DNA of 64,000 bases from Malacoraja senta (lineage: Eukaryota). Below the pieces are notes generated by a model. It was not told the origin of the DNA and ran no database searches. It was given only the letters and a program-made list of their open reading frames with translations. The position numbers and the translations under genes were made by a program. Positions 1 to 13,164 of this stretch are shown here, one piece after another. The DNA is taken from contig CM076002.1 in NCBI GenBank assembly GCA_038087875.1, positions 248,001-312,000 on the forward strand. Direction: 5' to 3'. How positions within the stretch are numbered: the first letter of the stretch is position 1; each line of letters opens with the position of its first letter.

Positions 1-521
1 TTCAAAAAATTAGATCAGAAAAAGGTGAGCTGCTCATACTTCCCAAAGATATTAACGAAAGATTCCTAAAATTCTATCAAAATCTATATGCATCAAAAAT
101 ATCAGCCGATTCTGCAAAGATCAAAAAATTTCTTGACAATTGCTAGCTTCCATCACTTAATGAGGAGGAACGAGAAGAATTAGGTGATGAGATTACAATA
201 AAATATATTGAAGAGACCATTAAATCACTGAATAGTGGGAAAACGCCAGGTCCAGATGGGTTCAGTAATGAATTCTATAAAAAATTCAATGATTTAATTT
301 CCCCACGCCCACGAGCCCTTGATATACATGCTTTTAAAGAACAGACCATACCACAAACCCTTGCCAAATCAACCATTACATTGATAAATAAAAAAGACAA
401 AAACCTTGAAGAGCCTGGATCATACAGAACAATAGCTCTTCTAAATACAGATCAGAAAATATTACCTAAGACTTTGGCAAGAAGACTAAGTTTGTACATT
501 AGTAAATTAATACATCCAGAC

Positions 522-659
522 GGGGTGGAAGATTGCAACCTTCACGTGGTCCGCCCTGTTCCTACTAATGCAATCAACTCGACGTGCACAAACGGAAGAT
601 CAAATAGAACAAGTTGTCCAACAACTTAAGCTGTGCACGCCATGCGAAAGAAGAAGAAG
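522..659 (+). mobile_element. 138-bp retroposed insert with (AAG)n tail inside the L1 RT
   Basis: Flanked by the 13-bp direct repeat AATACATCCAGAC (509-521, 660-672). Removing it restores L1 IHPDQIGF. Confidence 0.8.
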
Positions 660-3403
660 AATACATCCAGACCAAATTGGGTTTATACCTAAGCGACATT
701 CGTTTCATAATTTGAGACGCTTGTTTAATATAATGTATTCACACAGAACGATAAATGAAGACTTAACAATTATTTCTTTAGATGCAGAAGAACCATTTGA
801 CCAAGTAGAATGGGCGTATCTCTTTACAGTGTTGGAAAAATTCCAACTAGGAGAACATTTTATTTCATGGATAAAGCGGTTACATAACATAGAAACATAG
901 AAAATAGGTGCAGGAGTAGGCCATTCGGCCCTTCGAGCCTGCACCGCCATTTAATATGATCATGGCTGATCATCCAACTCAGTATCCTGTACCTGCCTTC
1001 TCTCCATACCCCATGATCCCTTTAGCCACAAGGGCCACATCTAACTCCCTCTTAAATATAGCCAATGAACTGGCCTCAACTACCTTCTGTGGCAGAGAAT
1101 TCCAGAGATTCACCACTCTCTGTGTGAACAATGTTTTTCTCATCTCGGTCCTAAAAGATTTCCCCTTTATCCTTAAACTGTGAACCCTTGTCCTGGACTT
1201 TCCCAACATCGGGAACAATCTTCCTGCATCTAGCCTGTCCAACCCCTTAAGAATTTTGTAATTTTCTATAAGATCCCCCCTAACTCTTCTAAATTCTAGG
1301 AAGTACAAGCCGAATCTATCCAGTCTTTCTTCATATGAAAGTCCTGACATCCCAGGAATCAGTCTGTACTCCCTCTATGGCAAGAATGTCTTTCCTCAGA
1401 TTTGGTGACCATAACTGTACACAATACTCCAGGTGTGGTCTCACCAAGACCCTCTACAACTGCAGTGGAACCTCCCTGCTCCTATACTCAAATCCTTTTG
1501 CTATGAACGCTAACATACCATTCACTTTCTTCACTGCCTGCTGCACCTGCATGCCTACTTTCAATGACTGGTGTACCATTACACCAAGGTCTCGTTGCAT
1601 CTCCCCTTTTCCTAATCGGCCACCATTCAGATAATAGTCTACTTTCCTGTTTTTGCCACCAAAGTGGATAACCTCACATTTATCCATATTATACTGCATC
1701 TGCTATGCATTTTCCCACTCACCCAGCCTATCCAAGTCACCTTGCAGCCTCCTAGCATCCTCCTCACAGCTAACACTGCCCCCCAGCTTCGTGTCATCCG
1801 CAAACATGGAGATGTTGCATTCAATTCCCTCATCCAGTTCATTAATATATATTGTAAATAGCTGGGGTCCCAGCACTGAGCCTTGCGGTACCCCACTAGT
1901 CACTGCCTGCCATTTTGAAAAGGACCCGTTTACTCCTACTCTTTGCTTCCTGTTTGCCAGCCAGTTCTCTATCCGCATCAATACTGAACCCCCAATACTG
2001 TGTGCTTTAAGTTTGTATACTAATCTCTTATGTGGGACCTTGTCGAAAGCCTTCTGAAAGTCCAGATATAACACATCCACTGGTTCTCCCTTATCCACTC
2101 TACTAGTTACATCCTCGAAAAGTTCTATGAGATTCGTCAGATATGATTTACCTTTCGTAAATCCATGCTGACTTTGTCCAACGATTTCACCACTTTCCAA
2201 ATGTGCTGCTATCCCATCTTTAATAACTGACTCTAGCAGTTTCCCCAATACCTGTGTTAGACTAACTGGTCTGTAATTCCCCGTTTTCTCTCTCCCTCCC
2301 TTTTTATTAGTGGGGTTACATTAACTACCCTCCAATCCTCAGGAACTACTCCAGAATCTAAGGAGTTTTGAAAAATTATCACTAATGCATCCACTATTTC
2401 TGGGGCTACTTCCTTAAGTACTCTGGGATGCACCCTATCTGGCCCTGGGGATTTATCGGCCTTTAATCCATTCAATTTACCTAACACCACTTCCCGGCTA
2501 ACCTGGATATCACTCAGTTCCTCCATCTCATTTGACCCGCGGTACCCTGCTATTTCCGGCAGATTATTTATGTCTTCCTTAGTGAAGACAGAACCAAAGT
2601 AGTTATTCAATTTGTCTGCCATGTCCTTGTTCCCCATCATCAATTCACCTGTTTCTGACTGCAGGGGACCTACATTTGTTTTAACTAATCTTTTTCTCTT
2701 CACATATCGATAAAAATTTTGCAGTCAGTTTTTATGTTCCCTGCTAGTTTTCTTTCATAATCTATTTTCCCTTTCCTAATTAAGCCCTTTGTCCTCCTCT
2801 GCTGGACTCTGAATTTCTCCCAGTCCTCTGGTAGGCTGCTTTTTCTGGCTAATTTGTACGCAACATCTTTTGCTTTGATACTATCCCTGATTTCCCCTGT
2901 TATCCACGGATGCACTACCTTCCCTGATTTATTCTTTTGCCAAACTGGGATGAACAATTGTTGTAGTTAATCCATTAAATGCCTTCCATTGCATATCCAC
3001 CGTCAACCCTTTTAGAATCAATTGCCAGTCAATCTTGGCCAATTCACGTCTCATACCCTCAAAGTTACCTTTCTTTATGTTTAGAACCCTTGTTTCTGAA
3101 TTAACAATGTCACTCTCCATCCTAATGAAGAACTCAACCATATTATGGTCACACTTGCCCAAGGGGCCACGCACAACAAGACTGCTAACTAACCCTTCCT
3201 CATTACTCAATACCCAGTCTCGAATAGCCTGCTCTCTGGTTGGTTCCTCTACATGTTGGTTTAGAAAACTATCCTGCATACATTCCAATAAATCCTCTTC
3301 CTCAGCACCCCTGCCAATTTGATTCACCCAATCTATATGTAGATTGAAGTCACCCATTATAACTGTTTTACCTTTGTTGCACGCATTTCTAATTTCCTGT
3401 TTG

Positions 3404-5477
3404 GTAAAAGAATAAATCAGGGAAGGTAGTGCATCCGTGGATAACAAGGGAAATCAGGGATAGTATCAAAGCAAAAGATGATGCGTACAAATTAGCCAGA
3501 AAAAGCAGCATACCAGAGGACTGGGAGATATTCAGAGACCAGCAGAGGAGGACAAAGGGCTTAATTAGGAAAGGGAAAATAGATTATGAAAGGAAACTGG
3601 CAGGGAACATAAAAACTGACTGCAAAAGTTTTTATAGATATCTGAAGAGAAAGAGATTAGTTAAAACAAATGTAGGTCCCTTGCAGTTAGAAACAAGTGA
3701 ATTGATCATGGGGAACAAGGATATGGCGGACCAATTGAATAACTACTTTGGTTCCGTCTTCACTAAGGAAGACATAAATAATCTGCCGGAAATAGCAGGG
3801 GGCCGCGGGTCAAAGGAGATGGAGGAACTGAGTGAAATCCAGGTTAGTCGGGAAGTGGTGTTGGGTAAATTGAATGGATTAAAGGCCGATAAATCACCAG
3901 GGCCAGATAGGCTGCATCCCAGACTACTTAAGGAAGTAGCTCCAGAAATAGTGGATGCATTAGTGATAATTTTTCAAAACTCTTTAGATTCTGGAGTAGT
4001 TCCTGAGGATTGGAGGGTAGCAAACGTAACCTCACTTTTTAAGAAGGGAGGGAGAGAGAAAATGGGGAATTACAGACCAGTTAGTCTAACATCGGTAGTG
4101 GGGAAACTGCTAGAGTCAGTTATTAAAGATGGGATAGCAGCACATTTGGAAAGTGGTGAAATCATTGGACAAAGTCAGCATGGATTTATGAAAGGTAAAT
4201 CGTGTCTGACGAATCTTATAGAATTTTTCAAGGATGTAACTAGTAGAGTGGATAGGGGAGAACCAGTGGATGTGTTGTATCTGGAATTTCAGAAGGCTTT
4301 CGACAAGGTACCACATAAGAGATTAGGATACAAACTTAAATCACATGGTATTGGGGGTTCAGTATTGATGTGGATAGAGAACTGGCTGGCAAACAGGAAG
4401 CAAAGAGTAGGAGTAAACGGGTCCTTTTCACAATGGCAGGCAGTGACTAGTGGGATACCGCAAGGCTCAGTGCTGGGACCCCAGCTATTTACAATTTATA
4501 TTAATGATCTGGACGAGGGAATTGAAAGCAACATCTCCAAGTTTGCGGATGACACTAAGCTGGGGGGCAGTGTTAGCTGTGAGGAGGATGCTAGGAGACT
4601 GCAAGGTGACTTGGATAGGCTGGGTGAGTGGGCAAATGTTTGGCAGATGCAGTATAATGTGGATAAATGTGAGGTTATCCACTTTGGTGGCAAAAACGGG
4701 AAGGCAGACTATTATCTAAATGGTGGCCTATTAGGAAATGGGGAGATGCAGCGAGACCTGGGTGTCATGGTACACCAGTCATTGAAAGTAGGCATTCAGG
4801 TGCAGCAGGCAGTGAAGAAAGCGAATGGTATGTTGGCCTTCATAGCAAGAGGATTTGAGTATAGGAGCAGGGAGATTCTACTGCAGTTGTACAGGGTCTT
4901 GATGAGACCACACCTGGAGTATTGCATACAGTTTTGGTCTCCAAATCTGAGGAAGGACTTTATAGCCATAGAGGGAGTGCAGAGAAGGTTCACCAGACTG
5001 ATTCCTGGGATGTCAGTACTTTCATATGAAGAAAGACTGGATAGACTTGGCTTATACTCGCTAGAATTTAGGAGATTGAGAGGGGATCTTATAGAAACGT
5101 ACAAAATTCTTATGGGGTTGGACAGGCTAGATGCAGGAAGATTGTTCCCGATGTTGGGGAAGTCCAGGACAAGGGGTCACAGCTTAAGGATAAGGGGGAA
5201 ATCCTTTAAGACCGAGATGAGGAAAAACTTTTTCACACAGAGAGTGGTGAATCTCTGGAACTCTCTGCCACAGAGGGTAGTTGAGGCCAGTTCATTGGCT
5301 ATATTTAAGAAGGAGTTAGATGTGGCCCTTGTGGCTAAGGGGATCAGGGGGTATGGAGAGAAGGCAGGTACGGGATACTGAGTTGGATGATCAGCCATGA
5401 TCATATTGAATGGCGGTGCAGGCTCGAAGGGCCGAATGGCCTACTCCTGCACCTATTTTCTATGTTTCTATGTTTCT
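3404..5477 (+). mobile_element. 5'-truncated CR1 family A copy nested in inverted orientation inside another family A copy
   Basis: The host reads TTTG|ATGCCATCC uninterrupted in the paralog at about 21775-21790. The insert ends in a (CTATGTTT)n tail that runs into the target ATG. Confidence 0.9.
3429..5381 (+). CDS. CR1 ORF2 C-terminal 650 aa, uninterrupted reverse transcriptase, endonuclease missing
   Basis: ORF track: [44 protein letters not shown]; no internal stops. Confidence 0.88.
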   Translation: MHPWITREIRDSIKAKDDAYKLARKSSIPEDWEIFRDQQRRTKGLIRKGKIDYERKLAGNIKTDCKSFYRYLKRKRLVKTNVGPLQLETSELIMGNKDMADQLNNYFGSVFTKEDINNLPEIAGGRGSKEMEELSEIQVSREVVLGKLNGLKADKSPGPDRLHPRLLKEVAPEIVDALVIIFQNSLDSGVVPEDWRVANVTSLFKKGGREKMGNYRPVSLTSVVGKLLESVIKDGIAAHLESGEIIGQSQHGFMKGKSCLTNLIEFFKDVTSRVDRGEPVDVLYLEFQKAFDKVPHKRLGYKLKSHGIGGSVLMWIENWLANRKQRVGVNGSFSQWQAVTSGIPQGSVLGPQLFTIYINDLDEGIESNISKFADDTKLGGSVSCEEDARRLQGDLDRLGEWANVWQMQYNVDKCEVIHFGGKNGKADYYLNGGLLGNGEMQRDLGVMVHQSLKVGIQVQQAVKKANGMLAFIARGFEYRSREILLQLYRVLMRPHLEYCIQFWSPNLRKDFIAIEGVQRRFTRLIPGMSVLSYEERLDRLGLYSLEFRRLRGDLIETYKILMGLDRLDAGRLFPMLGKSRTRGHSLRIRGKSFKTEMRKNFFTQRVVNLWNSLPQRVVEASSLAIFKKELDVALVAKGIRGYGEKAGTGY

Positions 5478-8302
5478 ATGCCATCCCCAACTCCACTACT
5501 ACTGTTAGGTGGCCTGTACACAACACACACTAGCGTTTTCTGCCCCTTAGTGTTTCGCAGCTCTACCCTAATCGATTCCACATCCTCCAAGCTAATGTCC
5601 TTCCTTTCTATAGCGTTAATCTCCTCTCTAACCAGCAACGCTACCTCACCTCCTTTTCCTTTCTGTCTATCCCTCCTGAATATTGAATATCCCTGGATGT
5701 TCAGCTCCTGTCTCCATGATCCCAACTATATCATAATCATTAATAGCTATCTGCACATTCAACTCATCCACCTTATTACGAATGCTCCTTGCATTGAGAC
5801 ACGAAGCCTTCAGACTTGTGTTTACAACGCTCTTACCCCTTATACAATTATGTTGAAAAGTGGCCCTTTTTGATTTTTGCCCTGGATTTGTCTGCCTGCC
5901 ACTTTTACTTTTCACCTTGCTACCTATTGCTTCTACCCTCATTTTACACCCCTCTGTCTCTCTGCTCACACATTTAAGAACCCCACCACTTCTTATTCTG
6001 TTTATTATTGTTTTCTTCTTTCCCCCCTACATGTTGGGTCTGAGTGCTTCCCTTCTCTGCCTCCTGCCTCACACACTGTCTACTAGCTTTCTCTATTTGA
6101 GTCCCTCCCCCCAACCGTTCTAATTTAAAGACTCCGCAGTAGCCTTTGCAAATCTCCCCACCAGGATATTGGTCCCCCTCGGGTTAAAGTGCAACCCGTC
6201 CTTTTTGTACAGGTCACACCTTCCCCAAAAGAGGTCCCAATGATCCAGAAACTTGAATCCCTGCCCACTGCACCAGTCCTTCTGCCATAACAACCCGACC
6301 GCCAGAAGATTGACTAATTGACAAGATTTTATTATATGCAGTCGATGTACATCACCAATTCTCAAGTCAGTATCCCAAATATATTAAACCTTATAGAACA
6401 ATTTGGTTCCTTCTCATGGTATAGAATAAACTGGAATAAAATGAAATTATGCCAATAAAAGCTCAAGACCCTTTACATCTCCAAAAATTCCCTTTCAGAA
6501 TTGTTACTGAAAAATTTAGATACCTTGGAGTCTATGTGACTAGAAAATACACCTCTCTATTTCAAACAAATTTCCCACCATTAATTACTAATTTAAATGC
6601 CCTCATTCAATTTTGGAAAACACTCCCTATTTCCCTTAAGATGCCATAAAGATGATTTTCCTTCCACAACTCCTATACCTATTTCAATCAATACCGATTT
6701 ATCTCCCTAAATTTTTTTTTTTTTAACTTGACTCTGTTATCACAAATTTCATTTGGGACTATAAAACTCATAGAATACATAAACGACATTTATGTAAATC
6801 TAAAGAAAATGGAGGATTAGCACTTCCTAATTTCCTTTTCTATTACTGGGCGACTAATATTAAAAACTTAATCTACTGGATGGATGATACATGTCAATAG
6901 GTAAACTGGTTAAAAATGGAGAGGGAAGATTGTTTGCCTTTTAATATAGGCGCGATTCTTCTTTCTCCAACACATCTGAATAAATCAACGTATGAGCAAA
7001 ATCTGATAATACACAGTACCCTATGCATTTGGATACAGTTGAAATCAAGCCTCAAACTGAGAAATTTCTCTCTCCTTTTACCAATCGCTAACAATCCCTT
7101 GTTGAAACCGTCTACCTTAGATAAGGCGTTTGCACAATGGAAAAACTCAGGAATTAAAACGCTGGGAGATCTTTGCGCGAAGGGGATTTTCCTCGTTTCA
7201 AGAATTACAGGAGAAATATCATTTGAAAGCAAGTAATTATTTTAGATATCTTCAAATCCGAGATTATGTGAAAACATATACACAAGACTGTCATTTTATG
7301 GGTCCAGATATACTAGATGAATGCATGAATAGACAGGTTGATGCAAGCAAGTTAATATCCTATATTTACAATACTCTTTTAATTGCACACATCCCATTTT
7401 CTGAGATGCATAGGCGAGCATTGGAAGATGAATTGGGTTTATTAATTTCAAAAGATAGTTGGGAGGAAAGCCTTCTATACATACACTACTGTTCTCTCAA
7501 TGTTAGGCACTCCCTGATACAATTTAAAATACTGCATAGACTCTACTATTCTAAGACCAAATTAAACAAGATCTTCCCAAATGTCTCTCCTATTTGTGAT
7601 AAATGTCTCCTCCAAGAAGCGACTATAACCCATTACTTCGCTTCCTGTATAAAGTTACAAAACTTCTGGAGGGGAATATTTGATATCTTCTCCAAAATAC
7701 TTTAAATTAAATTGGAACCAGATATAAAACTGATCACATTAGGTATGTCAGAGGCCTGCTCTAAGCTAACGATATTTCAAAGACGTTTCCTCAATTACGG
7801 CCTAATAACGACGAAAAAAATAATGCTCAAATTTTGGAAACAGACAACAGTCCCCACAGTGAAGATGTGGATTACTGATATGTCCGTGACACTACATTTA
7901 GAAAACATTAGGCTTGTCTTGGCGGAAAAAGCAGATCAATTTCTCAATACATGGTTGCCTTTTACTGAATTACTGCAACAACAGAATGGTTAAACACAAA
8001 TTTAAACCCGATGCCAGGGATGGGTGAGGGGTGGGGGGGGGGGGGGGGGAAGGTATATCTCCATCTTCTCTTTTCTTATTTATTTTATTTTCTCTTGCAC
8101 TTCTTTGCTAGCTTAGGGGTCTTTTTCTTGCTTTCTCTTCTGTTTCTTCATTCTCTTCTTTTTTCTCTCTTTTTTTCCTTTTTTTCTTTTTTTAAATTTA
8201 GGTTTCAATGCTAAAAATGAAGCTGTACAATAATTGTATAACTGTTATGTCGATCGCCTTATCCCTGTACAATTGCTTCTAATAAAATAAATTCAAAAAA
8301 AA

Positions 8303-8680
8303 ATTTGTTGTAAACATCCTCTGGACCCTCTACAGAGCGAACACATCCTTCCTCAGATATAGAGCCCACATTTGCTCACAGTACTCCAAATGCAGCCTGA
8401 CCAGCGCCTTATAAAGAAGTTCTGTATTACATCTCCGTTTTTGTATTCCAGTCCTCTTGGTATAAATGCTAGTATTGAATTTACCTTCCTTACTGACGAT
8501 TCGACTTGCAAATAAACGTTTTGGGACTCCTGCACCAGCACTGTTTGATAGAGCTCTTAAAGATAGCGGAGTCATGGGATATGGGGAGAAGACAGGAACG
8601 GGATACTGATTGTGGATAATCACAGTGAATGGCAGTGCTGGCTCGAATGCCTGAATGGCCCACTCCTGCACCTATTGCCT
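8303..8680. mobile_element. Two short CR1 fragments in opposite orientations
   Basis: Minus-strand LYKALVRLHLEYC fragment, followed by a plus-strand CR1 3' tail (GGAGAAGACAGGAACGGGATACTGA...ACTCCTGCACCTATT). Confidence 0.7.
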
Positions 8681-8682
8681 AT

Positions 8683-11205
8683 TATATAACCATATAACAA
8701 TTACAGCACGGACACAAGCCATCTCGGCCCTTCTAGTCCGTGCCGAACACTTACTCTCACCTAGTCCCATCTACCTGCACTCAGACCATAACCCTCCATT
8801 CATTTCCCATCCATATACCTATCCAATTTATTTTTAAATGATAAAATCGAACCTGCCTCCACCACTTCCACTGGAAGCTCATTCCACACAGCGACCACTC
8901 TCTGAGTAAAGAAGTTCCCCCTCAATTTACCCCTAAACTTTTGTCCCTTAATTCTAAAATCATGTCCTCTTGTTTGAATCTTTCCCTACTCTCAATGGAA
9001 AAAGCTTATCCACGTCAACTCTGTCTATCCCTCTCATAATTTTAAAGACCTCTATCAAGTCCCCCCTTAACCTTCTGCGCTCCAAAGAATAAAGACCTAT
9101 CTTAGAAACATAGAAAATAGGTGCAGGAGTAGGCCATTCGGCCCTTAGAAACATAGAAACATAGAAAATAGGTGCAGGAGTAGGCCATTCGACCCTTCTT
9201 ATTCAACCTTTCTCTGTAACTTAGGTGCTGAAACCCAGGCAACATTCTAGTAAATCTCCTCTGTACTCTCTCTATTTTGTTGTCATCTTTCCTATAATTT
9301 GGCTCCCAAAATTGTACACCATATTCCAGAATTGGCCTCACCAATGCCTTGTACAATTTTAACATTACATCCCGACTTCTATACTCAATGTTCTGATTTA
9401 TAAAGGCCAGCACACCAAAAGCTTTCTTTACCACCCTATCTACATGAGATTCCACCTTCAGGGAACTATGCACAGTTATTCCTAGATCGCTCTGATCAAC
9501 TGCATTCCTCAATACGCTACCATTTAGCATGTACGTCCTATTTTGATTTGTCCTGCCAAGATGTAGCACCTCACACTTATCAGCATTAAACTCCATCTGC
9601 CATCTTTCAGCCCACTCTTCCAAATGGCCTAAATCTCTCTAGACTTTGAAAATCTACTTCATTTTCCACAACACCACCTATCTTAGTATCATCTGCATAC
9701 TTACTAATCCAATTTACCACACCATCATCCAGATCATTGATCTTTATGACAAACAACAGTGGACCCAACACAGATCCCTGAGGCACCCCACTAGTCACCG
9801 GCCTCCAACCTGACATACAGTTATCCTCCATTACTCTCTGGTATCTCCCATTCAGCCACTGTTGAATCCATCTTGCTACTCCACTATTAATACCCAACAA
9901 TTTAACCTTCTTAACCAACCTTCCATGTGGAACCTTGTTAAAGGCCTTACTGAAGTCCATATAGACAACATCCACCGCTTTACCCTCACCAATTTCCCTA
10001 GTAACCTCTTCAAAGAATTCAAGAAGATTAGTCAAACATGACCTTCCAGGCACAAATCCATGTAGACAGTTCCTAATCAGACCCTGTTTATTCAGATGAT
10101 TATATATATTATCTCTAAGTATCCTTTCCATTAATTTGCCCACCACTGACGTCAAACTAACAGGTCTATAATTGCTATGTTTACTCTTAGAACCTTTTTT
10201 AAACAATGGAACAACATGCACAGTACGCCAATCCTCCGGCACCATTCCCGTTTCTAATGACATTTGAAATATTTCTGTCATAGCCCCTGCTATTTCTACA
10301 CTAACTTCCCTCAATGTCCTAGGGAATATCCTGTCAGGACCTGGAGACTTATCCACTTTTATATTTTTCAAAAGTGTCAGTACATCCTCTTCTTTGATCC
10401 TCATAGTTTCCATAGCTACCCTACTTGTTCCCCTTACCTCACATAATTCAATATCCTTCTCCTTGGTGAATACCGAAAGAAAGAAATTGTTCAATATCTC
10501 CCCCATCTCTTTTGGCTCTGCAGATAGCTGTCCACTCTGACTCTCTAATGGACCAATTATATCCCTCGTTATCCTTTTGCTATTAATATAGCTGTAGAAA
10601 CCCTTTGGATTTACTTTCACCTTACTTGCCAAAGCAACCTCATATCTTCTTTTAGCTTTTCTAATTTCTTTCTTAAGAATCTTTTTACATTCTTTATACT
10701 CCTCAAGCACCTCATTTACTCCATGCTGCCTATAATTATTGTAGCTCTCTCTCTTTTTCCGAACCAAGGGTCCAATTTCCCTTGAAAACCATGGCTCTTT
10801 CCAATTATTACTCTTTCCTTTCAACAGAACAGGGACATAAAGATTCTGTACTCTAAAAATTTCACCTTTAAATGTCCTCCATTTCTCTACTACATTCTTC
10901 CCATAAAACAAAATGTCCCAATTCACTCCTTTTAAATCCTTTCCCATCTCCTCAAAGTTAGCCTTTCGCTCATCAAAAATTGCAAACCTTGGTCCAGTTC
11001 TGACCTTATCCATAATTATATTGAAACTAATGGTACTGTGATCACTGGACCCGAAGTGCTCCCCAACACATACCTCCGTCACCTGACCTGTCTCATTTCC
11101 TAACAGGAGGTCCAGCACTGCCCCTTCTCTAGTAGGTACCTCTATGTATTGCTGCAAAAAACTATCCTGCACACATTTTACAAACTCCAAACCATCCAGC
11201 CCTTT
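8683..11205 (-). mobile_element. CR1 LINE (family B), 5'-truncated ORF2, with a doubled family A tail inserted at about 9102-9196
   Basis: ORFs 9607-11229 and 9102-9623 with [30 protein letters not shown]. Its tail (ATATAACCATATAACAAT) differs from family A. Confidence 0.9.
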
Positions 11206-11264
11206 TGTCTCTCCCATGTCCCTTTGCACCTCCGATTTCTGGATTCTTTCTCCATTTAGAAAAT

Positions 11265-12286
11265 AATGAATGAATTAATAAGTTTATGAATGAATAAGTT
11301 TATTGGCCAAGTATTCACTTGCAAGGAATTTGCCTTGGTGCTCCGCCCGCAAGTAACAACATGACACACATTGACTGTTAGGAATGACCGTAAAACATTA
11401 AAACATTAATAGTAAAACATTATTGATTAAACATATGAATTAAATAAAATACCAGAGCAAAAGGAGGCTACAGATTTTTGGTTATTCAGTAGAGGAACTA
11501 CTCGTGGGAAAAAGCTGTTTTTTATGTCTGGCTGTGGCAGATTTGACAGTCCGGAGTAGCCTTCCAGAGGGAAGTGATTCAAAGAGTTTGTGGCCAGGGT
11601 GACAGGGGTCAGAGATGATCTTACCCGCTCGCTTCCTGGCCCTTGCAGTGTACAGTTTGTCAATGGAGGGAAGGTTGCAGCCAATAACCTTCTCAGCTGA
11701 TCGATTCGCTGAAGCCTCCGGATGTTGTGCTTGGTGGCTGAGCCAAACCAGATCATGATGGAGAAGATGAGGACAGACTCTACGATGGCCGTATAGAATT
11801 GGACCATCATTGAGAGGATCTGTGGCAGATTGTATTTCCTCAGCTGCCGCAGGACTGTGGAGTCGATGGTGGCCCCCCATTTAAGATCCTTGGAGATGAT
11901 GGTTCACAGGAATTTAAAATACTCCACAGATGTGACTGTGGTGTTGTTGAAGGTGAGTGAGGTGAGGGGAGGAGGAGCTCTCCTAAAGTCTACAATCAAT
12001 TCCACAGTCTTAAGAGCATTGAGCTCCAGGTTGTTGCGATGGCACCAGGACGCCAGCTGTGTCACTTCCTGTCTGTAGGCAGATTCCTCCCCATCCTGGA
12101 TCAGACCAATCAGGGTTGTGTCATCCGCAAACTTGAGAAGCTTGACAGAGGAGTCAATGGAGGTGCAGTCATTGATGTAGAGTGAGTAGAGGAGAGGAGA
12201 GAGTACGCAGTCTTGCGCTGCTCCTATGCTGGGGGTTTGCAGGTCCGAGATGTGCTTTCCCAACCTCACATGCTGCTTCCTGTCTG
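11265..12286 (-). mobile_element. Rex1/Babar-type LINE 3' part, cut at its 5' side by the ERV LTR
   Basis: [33 protein letters not shown] motifs; (TGAA)n-like tail; same family as 41226-42610. Confidence 0.85.
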
Positions 12287-12710
12287 TGTCGTGGTTTTAA
12301 GACTCAAAATTTGGATAAGATGACACAGACACGGAGAATTCTTCAAGAAGACGAAAAGCCGTTATTTGCAAATATTCGGCTGGAACATTCAGAGATGACA
12401 CCACCTGTCCGCTCTCTAATTGCTCTCTGATCCAAAGAAACAATACTTTTACTTTCTGCACCATTTGTATCTTTGTGTGTAGACATATAACCAATATGCT
12501 TAAAACATTTATTAAAGCTCGCAGATGTCAGCTATTTTTATGTGTATTTTCTATGTATCTAATCACCCATAGAGCCCTAAAATGCAGGCTCTTTTAATTA
12601 AGTTAGTGTAATGCTGTTTAGCGTTCTTTCTCTGGTTCCCTGAGAAACTGGGAATCCCACCCCATATCGTGAGGCGAGAAAAAAGATCCAGCTTCCCTTA
12701 TTGACTTCGT

Positions 12711-13112
12711 TTAACATTTTCCTAACACTTCTACTCCATTGTAGTAGTATTCTATCACCGAGATCCACTTACCTTGAGGGCTGGATTCGTCTTCACCCGT
12801 TATCATTGGCAGTTGCTTCACAGTAGCTTTCACCAGTAGAGACTTAATACAGGGGAAAACACAGCACAACATGATTGCCACTGCAAGTAGTGCGACCCCA
12901 ATGGTCAAACCAATTTTAATCAGCCATGTTCCCCAAACCCCCCAACATGCTCTCCAGCCACCCAAACAGTTGATGTCTGAACCCTACGTTTCTTTTAACC
13001 TCACTCATTAGTTTTTCAGCTTATCCATGGCTTTAGTGAAAGACCCCTCCGGGCTAGTATTATTACGTATGAAGATGAAGCATTGTTCCCCAAACAAGAC
13101 ACATACACCCCT
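12711..13112 (-). pseudogene. ERV env transmembrane-subunit remnant
   Basis: Degenerate CX6CC motif (CVLFGEQCF), NNT sequon, hydrophobic anchor IGLTIGVALLAVAIMLCCVFPC. Confidence 0.8.
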
Positions 13113-13164
13113 TATTCTGACCTTATTTACACCAGTCTCATAGTCACTAATGTCTCCAAAAAAC

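Larger units (their letters stand above)
890..6285 (-). mobile_element. CR1 LINE (family A), 5'-truncated within ORF1, frameshifted; occupies 890-3403 and 5478-6285
   Basis: Minus-strand ORF fragments with APE (VIMGDFN) and RT ([30 protein letters not shown]) motifs, end of ORF1 (KDGLH), and a (CTATGTTT)n tail read as AGAAACATAG at about 890-900. Confidence 0.92.
1..8302 (+). mobile_element. L1-clade LINE, decayed ORF2 (RT plus C-terminal Cys-rich region) with 3' UTR and A-rich tail; occupies 1-889 and 6286-8302, interrupted by CR1s
   Basis: ORF pieces SYRTIALLNTDQKIL, IHPDQIGFI, ISLDAEEPFDQVEW, LLYAVDV (YADD remnant near 6330), GGLALPNF and CDKC..EATITH..SC. Stop at 7993, G- and T-rich UTR, AATAAA at 8281, then A-run. 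Frame rejoins across the CR1 block (WIKRLHN|NPTAR) with CATAACA duplicated at 883-889 and 6286-6292. Confidence 0.85.

Noticed and set aside
12711..12965. Domesticated syncytin-like env gene
   Set aside because: Only a frameshifted TM remnant with a damaged CX6CC motif remains; the SU region is deleted.
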